From: Octopus bimaculoides
Lineage: Eukaryota
DNA length: 64,000 bases
NCBI RefSeq assembly: GCF_001194135.2
Contig: NC_068994.1
Coordinates: 36,103,896-36,167,895, forward strand
Reading direction: 5' to 3'
The notes under the pieces were generated by a model. It was not told the origin of the DNA. It did not search any database and worked only from the letters and a program-made list of their open reading frames with translations. The stretch's first letter is position 1. Each line of letters starts with the position of its first letter. Position numbers and translations under genes: made by a program. Shown here piece after piece: positions 52,913 through 64,000 of this stretch.

Positions 52913-54893
52913 GCACACACACACACACACTTATAATCTAGTAAAAATGGGATGGGCATAATTCTTGACCATAGCTCTGCTTGATAAGGGATAAACAACA
53001 ATAATAATTTGGCAGCTAATAAGCAAACCTGAAATAAGCAACCAACTCTAGCAGAAAGTACATTTCCCTCAAATTAAACCCCAGTCTTTTGAAACAAGCT
53101 AGGATGTATTGTTAGTCATAGTCTTAAACAGCACTTAGAAGGTGGTGATGATCACAGCTGGGATGCTTTTGGTCATAGGACAGCTCAACCAGGGTTGACC
53201 TGGGGCTAGACTGCAATAACCACAACAACATCTGACATCTCTAACAAACTAGACACTCAAATGAGTCATGAAACATATATTCTGTTTAAATGTTATAAAC
53301 ATAAATACTAAGTAAAAAAAATAACAAATGAAATTTTATTAAAGGGAAGATACTGAACACTTTGTTAAATTAGTATAAGAATGGTTTTTATTTATTTTAT
53401 TATGTTTTAGCAAAATCAAAGAAGGAATGGTAATGCTTGTAGACCCTTTCAGAATCTTTATAACAGGTGGGGAAAAAAAAAAAAAAGCAAAAAACAAAAC
53501 AAACAGGAAAAAGAAAAAGTAGAGAGGTAATCCCCCAAACCAGATATCTGGACCTGAACGCATGGGAGGTGTACTTCACTAAAGGAACCCAAAGGCCTAG
53601 TTTTCTAGACATCATGATGATAATGATGATGATGTGGTGGAGGAGGAAGAGGGGTTCCCTTTCTCCCTCCCCCTCACTCTCTTTCTCACTCTCTCATTCT
53701 TTCTTGTTCTCTCTTAATCTTACATGCTTCACTTGGCCTAATAAACTTGTGCTAATTCGATTGGCTAATGCCATTTGTTTGCAAAAATTAGCTTTATGCC
53801 AACTCATAAGAAAAATCAATAATTTTTTTTTTTTTCCGTTTTCTTTTTAAACTCCTTAATTATGCCACTATTGTGATTATGAAATTAATGCTAATACCAA
53901 TCAATGATTTAGTTTTCAGAAACAAAACTTTGCTGCTATGTAACTCGTCTGCAAATAGGGATCACACTTTTTCACTTTTTCTCTTTCTATACATAATCCA
54001 TTATCATGAACTGTAGAGTATTTTATAAACTTTTATGGCCAGTCAGCATATAATAAATATATAAAAAGTTCTTTTCTTTTTACATTCTTATTATGCAATG
54101 AATGAAGAGAGAGAGAGAGAGAAAGAGAGGTGGGGGAGAGGGAATTTTACAAAGATGAAGCTTTGCACGACCGAGTCAGAATAAAAGCATTCATATGGAA
54201 TAAAAGAAGACCTGCCAGTTTACACCCATGCACAAATGCACATCTTTACAAACATGGGTAACATTCATTAATTACAGCTTTAGCTCAACTTCTATTTTTC
54301 CTTTCTTTCTTTCCTTCTGTTTTTCTTTCCTTCTTTCTTCTTTCTTTCCTTCTTTCTTCCTTTCATTACTCCATACACACAAATAGATTTAAATACAGAC
54401 ACACAGACACACACACATGGACACATGCATATGAACTCATATGGAAAACTTTATTGAAAAGTTATGTTAAATGGACAGTTTTAACATAAAACTTCTGTAC
54501 AGAAATATAATACTAGAAGAATGCAACTAAACTTTTATAATGATTGAATAACTAAATAATTAACAATAATTAGCCAAAAAAAAAAAAAAAGTAGTGAAAA
54601 GGAACCCAACTTGTTTGACATATAGTAGCATTTCCTGATTTATGAATGGGTTAAAACTCAAATTAGGACATGGTATAATTAGGTAAGGTTGTAACGACAA
54701 AATCTTTTACTTATGAAAGACATGGTTTTGTGACTAAGAAACTTATTTTGCAACCATGTTCTTTTGGGTTCAGTCCTACTGTGTGGCACCTTGAGCAAGT
54801 AATTTTTACAATAGTCCCAGGATGACCAATGCCTCATGAGGGAATTCAGTAGACAGAAACTGTATGGAAACTTATTGTATATATGTATATATG

Positions 54894-54929
<36 letters not shown>

Positions 54930-56409
54930 TACCACTGCTTGACAACCAGTGTTAGTTTGTTTACATCCTCATAGCTTAGCAGTTTGGCAAAAGAGACTGA
55001 TAGAAGATGTATCAGATTTTCAAAAAACGGGATCTGGATTTTTAATTTGTTCAAGGCGGTGCCCCAGCATGGTCACAGTCTAATAACTGAACCAGGTAAG
55101 ATGAAAAATAACTGTAAAAGTGTTCCTGAAGTATTATACTTAAGCCAGAGGCATAGAAACCCCAATGAAACATATATTGTAAACGAAGCCAAGAAATATT
55201 TTCCAGACAAATATATCAAACATCAGTGAATCAAATTTATAGAAAAAATTTTATTCATTTCTTCTTTTAACTTATTCTTATATTCTTTTATCTGTTTCAG
55301 TGATTAGATTGCAGCCATGATAGGCCACAGCCTTGAAGGGCTTAGTCAAACAAATTGACCCCTGTACTTTTTCTCTAGGCCTGGTACCTATTCTGTCGAC
55401 CTTGTTTTGGCAAACAGTTTAAGTTATGGGGATGTAAACAAACCAACACCTGTGTCAAGTGGTTGTGGAGTTCAAACAAACACACGCACACACACACACA
55501 CACACAACTTGGGCCAAAGTCAGGCACAAAGTTAAGTTCAATACACTCCAGAATGCTTCAATTTTTCTAAAATTGAATAAATAAAATAATGATGAATACA
55601 CATGTATTTGTAAATGATGAACAAAATGAATAATAATAAGGACACAATAGAAATAAAATTTGAACTGTTTTGTAGCATGACTTTTGGCCCACACTATGTA
55701 TATATATATTGTCTTCAGTCTATGAAATCTACTTGCAAGGCTTTGATTAGCAAGGGGCAATAGCAGAATACACTTGCCCAAGATGCAATACAGTGGAACT
55801 GAACCCAGAAATATGTGGTTGGGAAGCAAGCTTCTTACCACAGGGTCATGGAAGATTATTGATTTGCTAAAACTGGGTTGCTTTAACTGATGGCAAGGAA
55901 CCACTTTCTTATTGAAACCAGCTGAATTTATCTCCCTTGCTTGTTCTAAATTTTAAGCATCCCCAAGAATGTCTGTCTACCAAATGCTTTGAGTACTATA
56001 CTGAATGGCATTACAAGACATATTTTTTTTTTTTACCATAAAATCTCAGAAATATCATCTCATGTCCTATGTGGCAAGTAGAGCCTATATTACATATTTT
56101 AATGAACTAAAAATATTTTTCTTGAATATGCTCTGCTGAAATTGGGATATGTATAATACACCAGTACATCTATTATGCCATCAAATACAATAATCTCAGT
56201 TAAGTGAAGTTTTTCAACTCACTATATTATTTGAAATCTTATTACATCCATCTTAATCTTTGAGTGACTGCATTACAAATCAAATATATGACTCATGCTC
56301 ATGCTCATGTGTTTTAATATATAATGCTTTTTTTTTTTTTTTTTTTTGCTGTTTTCATGGATTCTCATGAGTCTGGCACCATCCAGTTCTATTATTATGA
56401 ATTTGAATC

Positions 56410-56720
56410 AGGGGCTTGAGTCATAGTGAATCTTTCATTAGCTGATTACACAACCATGGACGCCACCCCTATGGATGTTACTCTCTTGATAGAACTTGGT
56501 GATCCTGCCCATTGATCATCTACGATTCCTCCACTCAGCATCAATGTAAGAAGCCCCATTGGCTTAGTTGAGCTCTTCTGCTACCTCTCCACAATTTGCC
56601 ATCCTGCAGACCCATGACTGCCGTATCCCTGGCTGGGTGGCTGAACAGGTGCTATGCTTTGTCAAAAGCAGCCCATAACTATGCAGGACATGGTCATCAC
56701 TCCATAAGATATTTTTAGAA
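56410..56720 (-). mobile_element. Possible decayed LINE 3' end
   Basis: GC-richer block whose minus strand ends in a ccataggggtggcgtccatgg...gactca tail reminiscent of RTE 3' ends; no clean motif. Confidence 0.3.
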
Positions 56721-57818
56721 TACCTGCATACCCACAATTTTGAACATAACATATTTAAATGGGTATGGTGTGATCTCACATATAAAACAACCTTCATGTT
56801 TTGCACCTAAGAAGCAGTAATATATTTTATCTACTTTTCCAATTTCTGAAGCATAATTGTTTCTACTATAGGAACAAGGCTTCAAATTTTGGAGGAGGGT
56901 CTAGTCGATTATATCGACCCCAATGCTTGACTGGTACTTACTTTATTGACCCTGAAAGGTTGAAAGACTAAATCAACCTTGGTAGAATTTGAACTCAAAT
57001 CATAAAGGCAAGCAAAATGCTTAGCAGCGTTTTGTTTGATGTGCTAACAATTCTACCAGCTCATCGCTTTAACACTGAAGCATAATGTCACCCATTAATA
57101 TTTTGACCATAAATTTCAACCTCAAAAGTATGAAAGGCAACATTGACTTTGGTAAGAGTTGATCTTAGAACACAGAGAACCAGAACAGATACTGTAGAGT
57201 ATTATATGTAATGCTCTAAAGGCTCGGCCAATTTGCCGAGCAACAGAATCCCAAACTATTAGAGAGTCAAGCAAAGCAATTTGCAGTAACAGCCCAAGTC
57301 AATGGTATGGAGAAGAGAGAGACTTGTACAAGCATGCATGGGCATCTGCCAGTCTTCCCAAAGTATTTTGCACAGACTTGCATATATACATGTGCAGCTA
57401 TACAGTCAATCTTGACTGAACCATCAGAAGCTCTATAAGTGTGTGTGTGTTTGTGTGCATACATGCATACACACACACACATATATATATATATATTTGC
57501 ACTAAATTATATATCCTTGAATAAAGCAAGTTTATTTTTTAACCTTGGAAGTAAGTATTCTATTATATATCTATGTATATAATAGAAATATATTTACCTC
57601 CCATCTGTCTATATCTATATGTATGGAAATAAAGATATGAAATTGTTTTCACATAACAAATGTCTTCATATAACAGTTTTACAATAAAAAAAAATAGTGT
57701 ATATTTTCACTGGGTCACTTTTACACACACACATATATATATATACACACATACATATATAAATATATAGATGCATACACATATATATACACACACATAT
57801 ATAAATAGACACACACAC

Positions 57819-57855
<37 letters not shown>

Positions 57856-60549
57856 GAGAGTGAGAGAATCACATATTACAAAATAGTTTTACTGAAACAA
57901 GATTTACTGAATAAAATTTTAATGCACATTGTATATGTGGCTGTGTGGTAAGAAGTTTGTTTCTCAGTCACATGGTTTTGGGTTTAGCACCACCGTCTGG
58001 CATCTTGGTCAAGCCAATGAGTTAGTTTTCAGCCCTGAGCTGACCAAAGACTTGTGAGTCTATTTAGAAGACAGAAACTGAAAGAAGCCAATTGTATTTA
58101 CATATATTTCTATTATATATATAGAGAGATATAATAGAAATATTTACCTCCTGTGTTAAAAAATAAAATAAGTAATAGTTGATTACTGGGGTCAATGTAA
58201 ACGACTTACCCACTTACCCGAAATTGCTGGCCTTGTGCCAAAATTTGAAATCAGTATAACTTTACTGTCTTTTTTTCAAAACATATTCTGAGGATAGGTT
58301 TTAATTTATATAGAAACTGTTTTGTATCATAAAAGCTGGTATGGTCTCCAGTGAGAATGCTATCAATATGATCAACACTAATCAAAAACATCAAGTTTAA
58401 AATATTAACAATTATCGAAAGCATTCTTCAAAATCCAGAAGAAATTCTGTAAACTGAAGTTCTAATTCTCAAAGGCATAGTATCACGCTTATTCAGAAAT
58501 ATTGACATCTGTATATTTACATAGAAAACATACATGTATGATGAGCACAAATATGAGAACCTAAAAATATACAGATATATATATATATATATATGTATGT
58601 ATGTGTGTGTCTTTATGTATTTATGTATGTGTGTGTGTGTTTTACTTTGAGTTTTATTTAAATTCTCGGGAGAGTTCGCNNNNNNNNNNNNNNNNNNNNN
58701 NNNNNNNNNNNNNNNNNNNNNNNNNNNNNNNNNNNNNNNNNNNNNNNNNNNNNNNNNNNNNNNNNNNNNNNNNNNNNNNNNNNNNNNNNNNNNNNNNNNN
58801 NNNNNNNNNNNNNNNNNNNNNNNNNNNNNNNNNNNNNNNNNNNNNNNNNNNNNNNNNNNNNNNNNNNNNNNNNNNNNNNNNNNNNNNNNNNNNNNNNNNN
58901 NNNNNNNNNNNNNNNNNNNNNNNNNNNNNNNNNNNNNNNNNNNNNNNNNNNNNNNNNNNNNNNNNNNNNNNNNNNNNNNNNNNNNNNNNNNNNNNNNNNN
59001 NNNNNNNNNNNNNNNNNNNNNNNNNNNNNNNNNNNNNNNNNNNNNNNNNNNNNNNNNNNNNNNNNNNNNNNNNNNNNNNNNNNNNNNNNNNNNNNNNNNN
59101 NNNNNNNNATATATGTGTGTATTTATATATAAAAAAGAGACCACTAAGTGGACTGGTAATGTGCTAGAAGAAGATCACTTAAAAATTCTCAAAGAAAATT
59201 CAGCGAAGCAAAAACAGGCGGGTGAGACTAATGAAAATTAAAATTACTAGGTTATCTGTAGACCATGGTTTCAAAATCAACATTTTCTTACTGAAAATAT
59301 CTGTTTCTCTTCAGTACTGACTGCCATAAATAGTATATAAATATACTATAATCCTTTTGAGATCTCAGAAAATTTTTTCTGAATCTTCGGATTCTTTTAA
59401 TGTGCTGGTTTCCTGGTATTAAAATGATATTAATTAATATCAAATTTTTACTCTATTATGTTAATTATCTATGTATGTATGTATGTATGTGCATATTTAA
59501 GTATGTATGTGTATGTATGTAGGTGTGTGTGTGTGTAAGTATGTACATATGCATGTATGTATGTACTGTGTTCATACTAAAAACACAATAGTCCAAGCAC
59601 ATAGTTAGTGCACATAAATGTTAATATGTACAAGATGAAAGTGCAATCAGAAGCAGCAGAAGTATTGCATAGCATATTGCAGTTTAAATCCTTTTACGCT
59701 TCTGTTTCAACATCTTACTCTAGATCAGGGGTTCCCAACCATATTGTATCTATGGACCCATTTGATTACTATTCTTTTCTAGTGGATGTCCACAGTCATT
59801 CCATGTTTAAAATCTAGATTAATAGAAACTTCTTTCAGAATTCCTTTTTTGTTGTTGCTGTTGTTGTTATGGTGGTGGTGGCGGCGGCGGTGGCGGCAAA
59901 GGTGACGGTGCGTAGTTTTCGAGAAGAGAGAGTATCTTCTTGCTAAGTGTTGAAAGAATAGAGTATGATAAAGGGGCAAGCACAAATGTCTTGCTAAAGA
60001 GTGGGTAGACAGTTGGAGTAACTGAGAAGGAAATAAAAGAAAATAGTGAATGCATGCCAGAGCAAACTCTCAAGGTACAAGAAGATGAACATAAGAGAGG
60101 ATATGATCTGTTGGTTGTGGTAGAGAAGGAGAGAGTGGAAATTCTTATTTTGATAAATATCTATTAACTGTATGATGCACTTGAAAAAAAAAACATTGCC
60201 AAAGGTCATTAGTTTGTTTGATATTCATGTCTGAATCAAGGTCCCTTAGTGGGTGAAACTGAAAAACCCACAACTTATACACCCAATGAGCCAAGAGCAT
60301 AATTTCTGTTACTAAATCATATTCAATAAAGTAGAATTTATATTTAATATCTTTGTTACATCTGATATATATATTTGTATTTTATGGTTAAAGAGACACT
60401 GAAAGTCAGCATAGCGCTGCAGTTTGTTGGATCCTGTCAAACTGTTCAACCTATGACAATATGGAAGACAGAAGTTAAATGATGATGATGATAATGATGA
60501 AGAAGAATTATTGAATTTTAGTATCAGGTAAAGTTTTTAAAAACCAGCA

Positions 60550-61060
60550 TAAAACGAAGCGCTCGGTTTATATAAGGGAAGTAACTCTAAAAATGCATAC
60601 ATAGTTATTTCCCTTAGACAGTCTAACGACGTTTTGTATCTTCCAGTTCAGCTAGATTTATTTTCTCTATTTCTCGCGACTGCTATGCCCATATCAGCAA
60701 GCGATTGTGTTACTATACTTGTGGGAGAACGTTTTCCTCTGCATTAGTCCTCTGCATCTGGACATGTAAATACGATTTGATTACTGGGATCTCAAAAAAT
60801 ACTAAATTCATAATTACGGATAATTTGGGGATAATTACGATATGCTACGGAAATTTTGAATAATTATTTAAATTTCAAATTATTTTGTCGAGGCCATTCA
60901 ACTAAGTGATTACTGCTACGAAGGCATTTGAGATTTGTTGCTTATGCAACAAGGTGAAGAAATACCTTGCTGAAATTGTATTCAGAAAAATCCCATCTCA
61001 TAAATATTTAAAGCACCTTTACCACTAACGATGTGTTGGTTTAATCATCGTAAATTAATC
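60550..61060. promoter_or_regulatory. CpG-retaining candidate promoter region
   Basis: 17 CpG counted in 60541-61060 versus about 0-1 in a comparable unique stretch (56041-56460); TATATAA at about 60569. Confidence 0.35.
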
Positions 61061-64000
61061 AACAAAAACAGCTCTTTTCTCAGAAATTAGAGTGGAGGAA
61101 ATGTTTATTGATTTGAAGTGTTCAGCTTAGTGCCAGTGCAAGATATGAATTCACAAATCCCCACTTTTTAAAAGATTTCTCAAAGAATAAGCCAGTTTCA
61201 AGTAAAATACAAATAAAAACATTGAATAAAATATGCAAATTAAGAGATGCTGTACTTAAGCTACGGACCAATATTGTGGATATGTCAATCCAAGTCGGAT
61301 ATTAAGGTGATGAGTTAATATGGTGGACAGGGGTGAGAAGCCTGGAAGGAATGAAAGAATGTGAATAGCAAGTAAACATATCACAAGGCTATACCAGAAG
61401 CAAGATACAGTCCCACCTGGTCCTTGGGTACTTTTAGGTGTATGCATACTGTTGTAAGTATCTGAGCCAGATCTAAATTTTGAGGAAATGTTCCTATCCT
61501 CCTTTCCAACCACCATGCTCAAACTACTGTAAATAGTAATAAATATTGGTCTTCCACGTCTGGTTAACTCATTCGTTCTTTTTTAATATATCAGATGTAT
61601 CTAACCAGAAGAGAAAGATGAAACTAAAAAGTTTTGTAATTTTCTGTACTGTGGGGATGAAAAGTGCGAAATATCCCTAATTACCAGGCAATGTGTTTGT
61701 ATGAACCATGATATCATTGGAGAAATAAAAGTGTCTGAAACAATACTGGTGCACTTTCCTTTAGTGATAGTGAGAAGAACTTATGGATTACTATACAGAA
61801 CTGTAGAATAAGGAGTATGAGAAATGTGGGGAAGGAGTTCTCTAAGTGAAACCAATAGGAAACCTTCAATTACTTTGATAATGACATAGCAGACATAGCA
61901 AAATGTCTATTTACACTAACATGAAAACTAACAAGAAACATTAACATCAACTTGACACCTCGATTAGATTATATTTTCAACATCTAGCATGAGCAAACTT
62001 GTTTATGATACTAGACATGATTAGTTTCTATTTCCATTTCCCACAGAAATTAGTGTTCAATGGTTCATTATAGTAAGTCTTCTCAATCTACTTTTATCTT
62101 TTACAACTCTGAAAATGATTATTCATTACTAAAATATGCAGCTATAATAGTGATGTGAAATCTTGAATATTTTTGCATTCTGAATACAAAATTATGAGTG
62201 CTTATTTGTTATCAGGCAGCAAAATAGAAGCACTACAGAATCTTTTTTTAACATAACTAGCCGCAAAGTTATATTTAAAAAAGTGCTTTTTCTTTAAATT
62301 CTTTATTCCTGATCTTCAGGATATGCAACAACAAGGTCAGTAAATTGCTTTATATCATCTTTGGATGTAAATAATTAAATCTATGAAGGAATCAACTGTA
62401 AGCTGTCGAGTTGATACTGTTATTGTTTAACACAAGATCAACCCTGAGACTGGGCAGCAAACCCATGATCAAAGGTATTCTAGTTACAACCATCCCTTCT
62501 TTTATTTAGACGTAGTATAACTAGGATTGTATTAATTAGATTTTAAAGATGATAGGGTGCAATATAAAGGAGATTTAGCTGCTATAACTAGCAGGTTAAA
62601 TAACACATAGAACCCCAGACTATCTGACAATCTCAAACAAGTCAGAAATCAAATTGTACATAATGATCAGAGACATGTCAGTTTTAAAATTGCTTGTGTT
62701 GCCTTGGGTTTCTTGCCAGTGGCTGTCTCAGTGAAAAGATAATTGGTTTTCTGCAATAAATCTAAGAAAGTATATTGCATTATTTGAATATACTGAAATA
62801 CAGACATATAAAATGCACTAAGTATATTTACATTCTGGCTCGCACATTGCTAAATGACACTGATAATTTCTTTGCTGATTAGTAAGTCTGAGAGAGAGAC
62901 ACACAGTTCCAATACATCTTGAAGGTGAGCTTAATGCAGTTAAAAGTTTAATTTGTACTTTTTTCTGTAGGTAGATGTTTGGGGATAAGAAGTATAGCAG
63001 GAGAAATTCTGGGAGAGAAGTTATGTAAGGAATCCAATTTTGGAGAAAATGGACAGAGTAAAATGTTTATATTCAGATGGAATCCAAGTAGAAAAATAAG
63101 TGCATTCAATAGGTTTTATGTAAGGGTGAGACATCTCAACTTCAGATGACCAGTGAGAGAGGGAGAATAGTGAGTTAGTGAGTAGGTTGACAGTTGTCAC
63201 CTATTCATTCAGGTGACCTTTTTACGCACGTTTCAGAAAGGATATGACTACAGCCGGTCTACTAACTTAAATATATGAGAAATATGCTAGTGTGAGGTTT
63301 CTTTTTATCTTGGGAAATATACTAACAGTTCAGAGATAGTATAATTGTTGCTTCTGTCAAGAAGACACAACTTTTAGAAGCAGTTTTCAATTTGTTATAT
63401 AGTTGATATGTATCAGTCTCATTCACTCTTGTACTTTCGAGTACATTAGGTTGACAGCACTAGTTTCTGTTGGCCATGGTTTTCTCTGCATGAGGCCATG
63501 TGATATTGGCCTCTCCTATCAGTTAAGAATGTTCTGCATCAGCACACGACCACTAACGAATTCATCACAGAAAGAAGATTAAATCTAGCAAATTACATAT
63601 TCTGGCTACCAGAACAATGCCATTCTAAAACAGCCTTCTAGCTTATACGTAACACTATGAAAAGTCAAACATCAGCAGAAATGATTGAGTCTTAACAGTT
63701 GTTGTAAGTTTAATGATTAGCTGTGGGTTGGTAATGAGCAAGAAGGCTGTAGAGTTGGAGGTGAGTGTTTATTTATTTATTTATTTATTTATTTCAGTAT
63801 GTGTTATGATTGTAAGGTGGCAAGCTGGCAGAATTGTTAGCATACCCATGCAAAATGCTTAATGGCTTTTCATCTGTCTTTACATTCGGAGTTCAAATTC
63901 TGCTGAAGTAGACTTTGCCTTTCATCCTTTTGGGGTCAATAAAATAAGTACCAGCAGATTTTTCTCCCCCAAAATTGCTGGTCTTGTGCCAAAATTTGAA

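Larger units (their letters stand above)
3635..59108. other. Six assembly gaps (3635-3847, 10456-10555, 11747-12282, 31800-32112, 41173-41502, 58680-59108)
   Basis: Runs of N, each adjoining (TA)n on at least one side. Confidence 0.98.

Noticed and set aside
53467-53850. 127-aa ORF
   Set aside because: Built from poly-A, (ATG)n and (CT)n low-complexity runs with a GTG start.
701-59167. ORF-track entries rich in YI/CV/HT/X repeats
   Set aside because: They are translations of (TA)n, (CA)n, (TG)n microsatellites or of N gaps.
59168-59221. Exon candidate ending G|gtgaga
   Set aside because: No polypyrimidine acceptor, adjacent to a gap, frame ambiguous.

Overview
AT-rich (roughly 30% GC by eye) eukaryotic genomic DNA from a gapped short-read-type assembly (six N gaps, most abutting (TA)n). 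The density of (TA)n/(CA)n/(ATA)n microsatellites and the SINE families present point to an octopus/cephalopod genome (inference from remembered repeat families, not a database match). The window is mostly intronic/intergenic. It contains many SINE copies of about five families, decayed LINE fragments (RTE, RTE-X-like, R4/Dong, Penelope-like) and small DNA-transposon derivatives. Nearly all ORF-track entries are microsatellite or N-gap artefacts. Manual splice-site reading suggests an unidentified multi-exon + strand gene at about 177-30169; the best exons are 11478-11634 and 13809-13954, and the exon chain is only partly resolved. There is also a possible signal-anchor exon at 48407 and a CpG-retaining candidate promoter near 60.5-61 kb. 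The clearest structural signals are two adjacent long fold-back palindromes (44387-44653 and 44791-44970), an inverted TTAA-MITE pair bracketing a dual-frame exon candidate, a long R4/Dong fragment next to (TAA)n, and an interrupted 34-bp minisatellite. No CRISPR, rRNA or bona fide tRNA gene was seen, and nothing here establishes a new biological system.
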